A DNA stretch of 64,000 nucleotides from Vitreimonas sp. (GTDB lineage Bacteria; Pseudomonadota; Alphaproteobacteria; Caulobacterales; Aquidulcibacteraceae), in NCBI GenBank assembly GCA_049287825.1, contig JBAQGO010000114.1:1538-65537 (forward strand), in the 5' to 3' direction. Under the pieces are notes generated by a model. It ran no database searches, was not told the DNA's origin, and was given only the letters and a program-made list of their open reading frames with translations. The position numbers were made by a program, and so were the translations under genes. Within the stretch, counting starts at the first letter, position 1. Every line of letters starts with the position of its first letter. Of this stretch, positions 54,535-63,011 are shown in pieces.

Positions 54535-56784
54535 ATGGGGCATCAACACATGACGCACGACTGGGCGCTGGTCGCGCTCTCGTTCGTCGCCGCCTTGCTT
54601 GCTTCCTACACAGCACTCGACATGGGCTCGAGATTGCGCCGTGCGGCCGGCCGTGCACGCTGGATCTGGCTCGGCGCGAGCGCGCTCGTGCTCGGGGGCG
54701 GCATCTGGTCGATGCACTTCATCGCTATGTTGGCGATGGATGCAGGCATGGCGATTGCCTACAATTTCGACTTAACAGCGCTCTCGCTCGTTATGGCGAT
54801 CGCCTTCGTGGCGCTTGGCTTTTACATCGTCACGCGTCCCAAGCCGTCAGTCGGCCGGCAAGTCATCGCCGGCTGTGTCGTGGGATTAGGCGTTGCGGCC
54901 ATGCATTATACCGGTATGAGCGCGGTCGTCCTCAACGGCGTCATTCGCTACAATGTGCTGGGCGTCGTAATCTCGATTATCATCGCCATGGTCGCAGCGA
55001 CATCAGCGCTTTGGCTCACGCTCAATCTCACCAAATCTTGGCAACGCGCGGGCGCTGCGGTGGTGATGGCTGTGGCCGTGTGCGGCATGCATTACACGGG
55101 CATGGCGGCGACCTCGATGGATATGTCGGCGTCGATCTCAAACGCGGTTGACGCAGCCTCCCGCCTGGACCTCGCGGCCGCCGTCGCTATGGGACTGTTC
55201 CTCATTCTTTGTCTGTCGATGGTGTGTGTCTTCGCCGATCGGCGGTTTGAGTTTTTAGCCGAGCGCGAGGCGGAAAATCTTCGCGCCGCCAACAAAACCC
55301 TCACCGACACCCAGATCGCGATCCGCAACCTTTTCGATAACGCCGAACAAGGTTTTTTGACAATCGACCGCACGCTTACCATCGGCGTCCAATATAGCGC
55401 CGCCTGCGAGGCGATTTTTGCACAGCCTCCGGCCGGCAAGCAGGTCACCGATCTGGTCTTCCCAACGGGGGGCGAGAAGGCCGAGGCGATGCGTCAGACG
55501 CTCGCCAGCATTTTGGCCGACGCCAATGCCTACGCGCGCGAACTCAAGCTCGACCTGTTGCCAAAAGAATTTGCATTCGGCGGGAAGTTCATCAAGGCGA
55601 GTTATAAGCTTTTGAGCGAGGCCGGCGCGCTGATGCTCATACTGACTGACGTGACCGAAACCACTTTGCTTGCACGCGAAGTCGAGCGCGAACGCAAGCG
55701 CCTCGCCATGATCGTGATCGCGTTCACCGAAGGCGAAGCCTTCGCGGCGCTGGTCAACGACTATCGCCGCTTCCTGAGCGTTGAAGTACGAGAGCTGATC
55801 GAGCGCATCGGCGCGGCTGGAGGACGCAGCGACTTCTACCGCCGTCTCCACACCTTCAAGGGGTTGCTGGCGCAGTTTAGCTTTCCATCAAGCCCGGACG
55901 CCATGCATCAGGTCGAGACGCGGTTCGCTGCAAATCTCGAGCTGTCGCCCTCGACAGCCGCGGCCACTCTGAAGCTCCAGAGTCTTGCCATGGCGTTCGA
56001 GGAGGACCTGGCGAGCGTCGGCGATTTGTTGGGGCCGGGCTTTGACGCCCCAGGTGGACGGATATTGGTTTCCCAAACCCAAGTGCGCGCCATGGAGCAA
56101 TTGGCGCGCGCGGCTCTGGTCGGCGACGTTGATAGCGCTGTGGCGATGCCGCTCAAATTGTTGATGCAGGCGCTCGCGGGGCTTGGAACCTTCAACATCA
56201 AGTCTGCGCTTGGCCTGCATGCCCGCAGCGCCGTGAGCTTGGCCCTGCGTCTCGAAAAGCAATTGGAGCCGGTCATCGTTGAAGGCGACGATATTGCGTT
56301 GCCCCCGGAGCGGTATGGCGAATTCTTCCGCTCACTTGTGCATGTCTTCCGCAACGCCGTCGACCACGGCATCGAAGCGCCGGACGTGCGCCTCTCCGCC
56401 GGTAAAGAGGCGGCCGGATCGCTTCGTTGCGTCGTACGCGACCGCAACGGCACGCTCGAAATCCTCATCGCCGACGATGGGGCGGGCATCAATCGGACGC
56501 TGCTTGAAGCGAAACTCATCCGTGACGGTGAAAACAGCTTGGACGTTGAACGCCTGAAGCTCGCCGATTTGGTCTTTCGGGAAGGGCTTTCATCACGTGA
56601 GAGCGCTGACGGAGTATCTGGACGCGGCGTCGGTTTGAGCGCCGTCAAAGCCGAGCTCGATCGCTTGGGGGGCGCAGCCGCGGTCGAAACTGCGCCCGGC
56701 TTAGGAACCGCCTTCACCTTCGCTTTTCCCTACGCGGACCAAAAGCGCGCCGCTGACCGCGCTCTCGAGAGGACGGCCCAATGA
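54535..56784 (+). CDS. MHYT - PAS-like - HPt - CheA-type dimerisation/ATPase kinase, no CheW-like domain
   Basis: MHYT motifs WSMHFIAM, AAMHYTGM, CGMHYTGM. Mid domain FDNAEQGFLTIDRTL. HPt-like RRLHTFKGLLAQF (His codon 55849-55851). CheA signature LVHVFRNAVDHGIEAPDVRLSAGK, ADDGAGI, SGRGVGLSAVK. The ORF stops about 25 aa after the G2 box. Confidence 0.85.
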   Translation: MGHQHMTHDWALVALSFVAALLASYTALDMGSRLRRAAGRARWIWLGASALVLGGGIWSMHFIAMLAMDAGMAIAYNFDLTALSLVMAIAFVALGFYIVTRPKPSVGRQVIAGCVVGLGVAAMHYTGMSAVVLNGVIRYNVLGVVISIIIAMVAATSALWLTLNLTKSWQRAGAAVVMAVAVCGMHYTGMAATSMDMSASISNAVDAASRLDLAAAVAMGLFLILCLSMVCVFADRRFEFLAEREAENLRAANKTLTDTQIAIRNLFDNAEQGFLTIDRTLTIGVQYSAACEAIFAQPPAGKQVTDLVFPTGGEKAEAMRQTLASILADANAYARELKLDLLPKEFAFGGKFIKASYKLLSEAGALMLILTDVTETTLLAREVERERKRLAMIVIAFTEGEAFAALVNDYRRFLSVEVRELIERIGAAGGRSDFYRRLHTFKGLLAQFSFPSSPDAMHQVETRFAANLELSPSTAAATLKLQSLAMAFEEDLASVGDLLGPGFDAPGGRILVSQTQVRAMEQLARAALVGDVDSAVAMPLKLLMQALAGLGTFNIKSALGLHARSAVSLALRLEKQLEPVIVEGDDIALPPERYGEFFRSLVHVFRNAVDHGIEAPDVRLSAGKEAAGSLRCVVRDRNGTLEILIADDGAGINRTLLEAKLIRDGENSLDVERLKLADLVFREGLSSRESADGVSGRGVGLSAVKAELDRLGGAAAVETAPGLGTAFTFAFPYADQKRAADRALERTAQ

Positions 56785-57326
56785 ACGCTCCAGCACTGAG
56801 CTCCAAACTCGATCACGAGATCGCTGTCGTGATGCACGTGGTCGAGCACCGCACGCTCGCGTTCATGCGCGACGAACTGGGACTGATCCCGAACGGCGTA
56901 GAACGGCGCACCCACCACGAGAAGAGCGTGACCTTGCGGCCGATCACCGCCATCGTCGCGGTAGGCTCGCGGGCTGGGCTCTATATCGCCTATAGCTATG
57001 ACGTTTCGCTCATCCGAGCGATGACCAAGCGATACACATCGGGGCTGGGCGTGGCCAATGACGCCGAAGAGGTGTGGATCCGAGAGACGGCTTCCGACGT
57101 CGTCAACGTCATTGTCGGCAACAGTACAGCTGATCTGGCTCGGCGCGGTGAACTGGTCACGCTGTCGCCGCCAGTGCTGATGGTTGGCGCGCGCACCATT
57201 CAGGGGCGCGACGAATCCACCATTGCGGCACTCACCATTCTCTTCCCCGAAGGCGCGCTCGATGTCGCCTTCGTTGGTCCTCGTATTCTCTTCGATGATC
57301 ATTTGAACCTGCAGGAGGCCGTCTGA
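56781..57326 (+). CDS. CheX/CheC-like protein
   Basis: ITAIVAVGSRAGLYIAYSYDVSL...ETASDVVNVIVGNSTADLARRGELVTLSPPVLMVG resembles the CheX fold, with an E-x3-D-x2-N...P variant of the CheC/CheX/FliY active-site motif. The ATG overlaps the kinase stop (ATGA). Confidence 0.65.
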   Translation: MNAPALSSKLDHEIAVVMHVVEHRTLAFMRDELGLIPNGVERRTHHEKSVTLRPITAIVAVGSRAGLYIAYSYDVSLIRAMTKRYTSGLGVANDAEEVWIRETASDVVNVIVGNSTADLARRGELVTLSPPVLMVGARTIQGRDESTIAALTILFPEGALDVAFVGPRILFDDHLNLQEAV

Positions 57327-57787
57327 TGTCCCTCAACGTAATGATCGTCGACGATTCCATGATCATGGCGCAAAAGCTCAAAGTCATGCTGAGCGAGCTT
57401 GGCCACCAGGCCGTGCGGCTGTGCAAAGATGGAGAGGAAGCGGTCCGTGACTATGCGCTGGTGAGGCCAGACGTGGTCACCATGGACATCACTATGCCAG
57501 GCATGGACGGCGTCGATACGATGAAGGCCATCTTGGCCAAGCATCCCGAGGCCCGCTTCATCATGGTCACCTCGCATGGCCAAGAGGCCATGGTGGTTCG
57601 CGCGATCGACGCAGGCGCTTTGGGCTATGTGCTAAAGCCAGTGGCCAAGGATCGGCTGGCCGCAATGATCAGCCGAGCCATGATGTATGCGGCCCAACCG
57701 GCGCTTCGGGAGGCGGGGACAGCCGCCACTGATCCCGCACAGATGGGCGAAGCCCTCGCTGGCGCGTGCGTCCTCATCAATTCTTGA
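57326..57787 (+). CDS. CheY-like single-domain response regulator with a 30-aa tail
   Basis: VMIVDDS, TMDITMPGMDG, VTSHG, LKPV. The ATG overlaps the CheX-like stop (TGATG). Confidence 0.9.
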   Translation: MSLNVMIVDDSMIMAQKLKVMLSELGHQAVRLCKDGEEAVRDYALVRPDVVTMDITMPGMDGVDTMKAILAKHPEARFIMVTSHGQEAMVVRAIDAGALGYVLKPVAKDRLAAMISRAMMYAAQPALREAGTAATDPAQMGEALAGACVLINS

Positions 57788-57815
57788 GGCCGGAAGGTAA
57801 ACGATTGCATTTGGC

Positions 57816-57848
57816 AACACTCGCTTAACACTCGCTTAACACTCGCAT
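57816..57848. repeat. three tandem 11-bp direct repeats AACACTCGCTT / AACACTCGCTT / AACACTCGCAT
   Basis: Read directly at 57816-57826, 57827-57837 and 57838-57848. The repeats lie in the 107-bp gap between the CheY-like gene and the next receiver gene. Confidence 0.95.
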
Positions 57849-57894
57849 TGCAACTTAAAGACGCGTTGTCCGAGCCCAGCAATCGAGGACGTCC

Positions 57895-58284
57895 TTGCGC
57901 GTTTGTTTGATCGATGACGATGTTTTCGTTCTTGAAGCGCTGGCTTTAGGCCTTCGAGATTGCGGATATGAGGTGCGTACAGCAACGGGGGCCGCCGCGG
58001 GTCTCGACCTCATCCTACGTGGCGGCGTCGACGCCGTGGTCACCGATTTGAACATGCCTGGAGCAGGCGGGGCGCAGCTTATCGCCGAGGTCAGAGCACG
58101 ATGGCTGCACCTGCCCATCATTGCAATTTCCGGGGCTCACGACAGCGCGTGCAGTGATCTCGCCGACGCAGCGCACGTTCTAGGGGCCGACACGATGCTC
58201 ATAAAGCCCTTCCGCGCCCGCGAGCTTGATGAGGCGCTCCAACACGCGATGCGCGTGCGAAGGACATCGCACCGCGCGCGTTGA
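57895..58284 (+). CDS. single-domain response regulator
   Basis: VCLIDDD, VTDLNMPGAGG, IKPF. TTG start in the track. Confidence 0.7.
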   Translation: MRVCLIDDDVFVLEALALGLRDCGYEVRTATGAAAGLDLILRGGVDAVVTDLNMPGAGGAQLIAEVRARWLHLPIIAISGAHDSACSDLADAAHVLGADTMLIKPFRARELDEALQHAMRVRRTSHRAR

Positions 58285-58320
58285 GTCGATTGCGACAAGC
58301 GCGCGCCGCAGCCAGCGGCA

Positions 58321-60924
58321 TCATGCTGACCGCGCTTGCGGGCGCGCTTCAAGGCTCTGCGCCAGGGCCAAGCGCAGGTCGCGCAGCTTTGGCGGCTTGC
58401 TCAATACGCAATCGACATGAGGAGGGTTTTCCTCTTCGCTCTTCAGCCGTTCGCCCCATCCCGTCAGCAACAAGACTGGCGTCGAGGGCGAGCTCACCTT
58501 GATCGCTTCGGCAACGCGACGTCCATCGATGCGCGGCATGCCAAGGTCGGTGATGACGGCATCAAAACTCCTCTCGCTCGTGTGCGCTTGTTGGAAGACC
58601 GCTATGCCTGCAGCACCATCGGCGGCGCTCGTCACGACATGGCCGTCAGTCTCCAGAACATCGCGAAGCGTGCGCAAAAGAATTGGATCGTCGTCGATGA
58701 TGAGCAAACGCAAACGAGAAGGGATCGCAGCGATTGGTGCTGCATCAGCCTTCATGGTCGCGTCTGCCGGCGCCGCATTCAAAGTCATGCGCATGAGCGT
58801 GCCCTTTTCCGGCGCGCTCTCGATGTCGATGTCGCCGCCATGGCGCTGTACTGTTGCGTAAACCATGGCGAGCCCCAGTCCGGTCCCGGCCTCGCCCTTG
58901 GTAGTGAAGAAGGGCTCAAGACAGCGCAAGCGTGTCGCTTCGTCCATGCCGACGCCATTGTCCACCACATCGATTTGAACGAGCGTAGACGCCGCGCCGT
59001 TTTGCAGCGGCGCGCGCCGGGCGCGCAGGGTTATTGTTCCGCCACCGGGCAGCGCATCGATGGCGTTGAACACAAGATTGATCAGCGCTTCGCGCAATTC
59101 TGACTCCACGCCTAAAACGGGCGGAGTATCGGGTGCGATTTCAGTTTTTACTTCGATCAACTCGCCGCGCTGCTGGGGCATGTCGCGCCAGCGAGCCTGC
59201 GTCAAATCCAGCACTTGTTGAAATAGCGGTTCGATCGGCGCCGGGCTCAAGGTAAGCTGGGTTTCGCGCCGGCGATAGAATTCCTTCATGCGCGAGACCG
59301 TATGGGCCGCGTCGTCTATCGCGCGTTGCACCGTCTCCAGTTTGCTGCGGCCTGCCGGCGTTAAGCTGGGCTCGGTCTCAAGCAGGGATTCTGTATAGAG
59401 CGCGATCGGGGAGAGCGCATTGTTGATGTCGTGGGCGATGCCGCTCGCCATCTGTCCGAGCGCGCGCAGACGCTCCTGCTGCATGACCGCGTCCTGCGTG
59501 AGCCGGAGATCGTCATATGCCTGTTGAAGCGCGTCGCTCAGCTGCATCTGGTGGGCGGCGAGCGCCACGTGTTCGCTGAGCTGGCGCAGGAATTCGCATT
59601 CACCGCTTTCGAATGCATCGGGCGCCGCACGCGCGACAATGAATGCGCCAAATACGCGACTTTCTACTTGTAGCGGCGCGGCTACAAACGAACGCAAGCC
59701 CCCCCGCGCAAGCCGTTGTGGGAAGGGAAATGTGGACGGCGAAGTGTCAGGTTCATAGACTAGATGGCCTGCAACACAGCGCGATAGGCCGTTGGCGTCG
59801 ATTTCGATGCGCGCCCGCTCCGGCATGGCGAGGCTCAAGGCGAGTGGCGCGCTTTCGGCGCCGACACAAGAAACGTTGAGGGCGTTTTCGCCGCGCTCAT
59901 AAAGGCAAAGGCACGCGAAGTCCGCCGGCAGCTGCTGCTCGACGCTGCGGACGGCGACCTGAAAGACGCTCGCGAGATCCTGGCGTTCGCCGATGGCGCG
60001 GCTGATTTGGTGCAACAGCGCCAGGCGTTCAAGTTGAGCGCGGATTTTTGTTTCGGCCCTGGTGCGCTCGCCGATTTCAGATTGGAGTTCGACGGTGCGC
60101 TCGCTCACGCGCTGTTCCAGTTCGTCGTTGGCGCGCGCGAGCTTGGCTTCGCTGCGAATACGCTCGACCATGTCGAGCGAGGCCATATGCATGAGAGAAA
60201 AAAGCAGCGCCAGATAGCCGGCGATGCGGCCAAGATGGGCGATCACCGCGGGCGCGTCAGCCGGAATGCGGGAATAGAGCATGATGACGCTGGCGATAAA
60301 AATTGCCGCCGCGCTTAGACCAAGCGTTGGAATGGCGCGGTCTTTCTCGCGCATTTTCCAACACGCCCACAAAACCACCGCCCACAGGACGGGCACGAGG
60401 ACGAGGCTCGGTCGTGTAATGGCGAAGAGCCATGGCGGGGAATAGGGCGCCACTCTCTGAAAAACCGCGAAGAGGGCTAGCGCCGCGAGCGGGAAGAGCA
60501 CCGCAAACGCCACGACGTTGCGCATGTTGCGCTGCAAGAGAAAGAGCGACGCGCCGATCCCAAGCGGAAGCGCAAACGCGGGCGGGGGCCAAGTCAATGG
60601 CCGCAGATCGCCGATGCGTCCGATGCCCGCCAGTGGCCCAGACCACTCGACCGAGACCATGGTGTGAACAAACTCGAGCAAAGCGACGACCGCGAAGGTC
60701 AGCGCCAGATGTTTTTTGAAGGGCCGATCGAGACGTTCGCCCATATCCCAGAGCAACAGCGCGAGCACGCCTGAGACCACGAACATCGCGCTGTCCAAAA
60801 TCCCGTGCAGCTCGGGCAGATCTTGACCTACGATCCAACCAAGTCCCAAGCTTATGGCGATGAAGAGCACAAGCGTGACGGAGACGCCGCGCGGGATGTT
60901 GGGTTGGTCTGCGGCTTCGATCAT
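58321..60924 (-). CDS. hybrid sensor histidine kinase (multi-TM N-terminal domain-GAF-HisKA-HATPase-REC)
   Basis: About 7 hydrophobic helices in the first 240 aa, a coiled coil, GAF, MASGIAHDINNAL, GTGLGLAMVYA, REC (ITDLGMPRIDG, LSKPP). Confidence 0.9.
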   Translation of the reverse strand: MIEAADQPNIPRGVSVTLVLFIAISLGLGWIVGQDLPELHGILDSAMFVVSGVLALLLWDMGERLDRPFKKHLALTFAVVALLEFVHTMVSVEWSGPLAGIGRIGDLRPLTWPPPAFALPLGIGASLFLLQRNMRNVVAFAVLFPLAALALFAVFQRVAPYSPPWLFAITRPSLVLVPVLWAVVLWACWKMREKDRAIPTLGLSAAAIFIASVIMLYSRIPADAPAVIAHLGRIAGYLALLFSLMHMASLDMVERIRSEAKLARANDELEQRVSERTVELQSEIGERTRAETKIRAQLERLALLHQISRAIGERQDLASVFQVAVRSVEQQLPADFACLCLYERGENALNVSCVGAESAPLALSLAMPERARIEIDANGLSRCVAGHLVYEPDTSPSTFPFPQRLARGGLRSFVAAPLQVESRVFGAFIVARAAPDAFESGECEFLRQLSEHVALAAHQMQLSDALQQAYDDLRLTQDAVMQQERLRALGQMASGIAHDINNALSPIALYTESLLETEPSLTPAGRSKLETVQRAIDDAAHTVSRMKEFYRRRETQLTLSPAPIEPLFQQVLDLTQARWRDMPQQRGELIEVKTEIAPDTPPVLGVESELREALINLVFNAIDALPGGGTITLRARRAPLQNGAASTLVQIDVVDNGVGMDEATRLRCLEPFFTTKGEAGTGLGLAMVYATVQRHGGDIDIESAPEKGTLMRMTLNAAPADATMKADAAPIAAIPSRLRLLIIDDDPILLRTLRDVLETDGHVVTSAADGAAGIAVFQQAHTSERSFDAVITDLGMPRIDGRRVAEAIKVSSPSTPVLLLTGWGERLKSEEENPPHVDCVLSKPPKLRDLRLALAQSLEARPQARSA

Positions 60925-61497
60925 AAGCGTGACCCCTTTTTGAGAGAATCAGTGCACCGGCGGCCGCCGGCAAATTACAACTAAAGCGCAAGGTGAGCTA
61001 AGGCTGTTTGTCGCCAGCCGGTTGGCTTCTACAAAACCCCATGCCGTTGTGCGCCTTGAGTATCGCCTGCGTGCCGGCGTGGGACGGCAACCCTCGCTGA
61101 GAATTTTCGGCCGGGCGAAAGCGGTCTGCATTGAGCAGACCGCTTTCAGGCGTCCAAGATGGGCTGGGGGCATCGTCATATCTCGGTCCGCCCGGGCATG
61201 ACTCATACACGACAGTTTCTGAGCCTGCTTGTTTTTTTGATGCGTCACGCGGTGCGCGCAATCGAAATCGAGTCTCCGGGACACCTGGCGCGTTCGCTCT
61301 TAGCATTGGATGGATTGCCATGAAGTGCTTGGACCGCCGAAATCCAAAACTGTAGGTGTTACGAACGCCGCGAAAGAACATGCGATGTCTCGCCGGGCCT
61401 GGAGACCGAGGCTGGCGGTCACAAGCGCGATGAAGGCTTGAGGATCGGCCGCCACATAGCCCCCAACGCACGCGTTCGCGTGGGATCTAGGCGCCGA

Positions 61498-62760
61498 TCA
61501 GAGAGCCTGGGCGATCTCCGCCGCGGCCCCAATGACTTCGGTGCCAATCGCGCGGACGTCGGCCTCCATCGTCCTGTTGTTGACGAAACAAGCGCGCAGG
61601 CAGAACTGACCGTTCAGGACCGCGTTCGAGATGTAGACGCGGCCTCGCTCGACCACGCGCTTCAACACCGCTTCGTTGTCGGCGGTGCGGCGCCGGAAAC
61701 AGACGGCGCTCAACGCAACCGGCGCCATGGCTCGAGTTGCTGGTTGCTGCTGGCAAGGTCGGCGAGCAGCTGGGCATGATGAAGGTCAAGCGCGATGGCT
61801 CCGCAAAACGCGGTGCGTCCATGATATTGCAGCGACATCCAAAGCTTCAGGGCTCGAAAACGACGCGATAGCTCAAGCGACTCGTCGAAGAACGCAAAGG
61901 CCTCGATGGGATCGGTGTTCGTGACCCTGACATAATCACCGCTGTTCTGGAAAGCCGCGCGCGCCGCGTTCGCGTCGCGATAGAGCAGGCAGCCGCAATC
62001 GAGTGGCTGGTAGAGCCATTTGTGGGCGTCAAGCGAGAGCGAATCCGCCAGCTCGATCCCAGTAAACAAATCCGGCCGCGCCAGCGCGGCGAGGGCGCCC
62101 TAGGCGCCATCAACGTGAAGCCAGAGGTCGTTGACTTTGGCGGCGGCCGCAATCTCCTGCAGCGGGTCGATCGAGCCTGTTGAAACAGTGCCCGCACTCG
62201 CGACGATTGCGAACGGCCGCTTACCCGCGGCGCGATCCTCAGCGATCGCGGCAGCTAGCTTGTCCCCCCGCATGCGAAAGCTGGAATCTGTGGGCGCAAC
62301 GCGCACATTGCGCCGACCGATGCCGAGGAGGGCCGCGGCCTAGTCGAATCGAGATGAGCACTTGATCCGAGACGTACAACGCACATGGCTGCGCGCCATC
62401 TTCATTGGCGGGCGCCTTTGCCTCGCGCGCCATCGCCAAACCCATTAAATTGGCGGCCGAACCGCCGCCGCGAAGGCTCCCGGCGAATCCTGGGCAGCCC
62501 ACTGCTTGCGTGAGCCAGCCAACAACAGCTCGCTCAACAGCGACGGCGGCCGGGCCGGAGCGCCACGCCGTGACGTTTTGGTGCAGCGCGGCCGCGAGCA
62601 ATTCCGAGAGCGCGCCAACTTGCTCGTCTGAACCGAGGACATAGCCAATGAAGCTTCCGCCGGGCGGTCGTGAATGGTCCGCGATAAGCTTGAAATCGTC
62701 GAGCACATCGAGGCCGCGCCCCACTTCCGACCACGCGCGGGCAAAGAGCTGCTGCGTCTC
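61498..62760 (-). pseudogene. group II PLP-dependent amino-acid decarboxylase, multiply disrupted
   Basis: Homologous pieces lie in three frame segments: SFIGYVLGS...GGGSAANLMGLAMARE; RNVRVAPTD...FAIVASAGTVSTGSIDPL...LWLHVDGA; LSLDAHKWLYQPLDCG (PLP Lys); and the C-terminal YISNAVLNGQFCLRACFVNNRT. In-frame TAG codons at 62340-62342 and 62100-62102. Frameshifts near 62360 and 61730. The N-terminal roughly 30-50 aa are missing. Confidence 0.8.
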
Positions 62761-63011
62761 AAGGCCGGTGGAAGATCAGGCAGTACCGGGAGAAAACAAC
62801 CCTGACCTCACTGCGATCGGAGCTGTGTCTAGAACCACCAAGACAAGGAAGACACCGAGATAGACGCGGAGTCCGCCCACACCCCAAACGGAGCGAAACG
62901 CCGGGCGGCCAAAAAAAGTTCCGACGCTTATTGCATAGCGCGAAGGTCCACAATCCATTTGAAAACTAGGAAGGAAAGACGAATGTAATTGCCGACGAGT
63001 GGGGGCCTCCC

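Noticed and set aside
57801-57855. Sigma-54-like elements (TTGGCA at 57811-57816, TTGCA at 57805-57809 and 57848-57852) around the 11-bp repeats.
   Set aside because: The GG-to-GC spacing does not fit TGGCAC-N5-TTGC in any combination I tried.
62094-62108. GGCGCC-CTA-GGCGCC near-palindrome containing one of the amber codons of the decarboxylase pseudogene.
   Set aside because: This is a short, GC-rich, restriction-site-like hexamer duplication. There is no evidence of function beyond coincidence with the Tyr-to-stop change.
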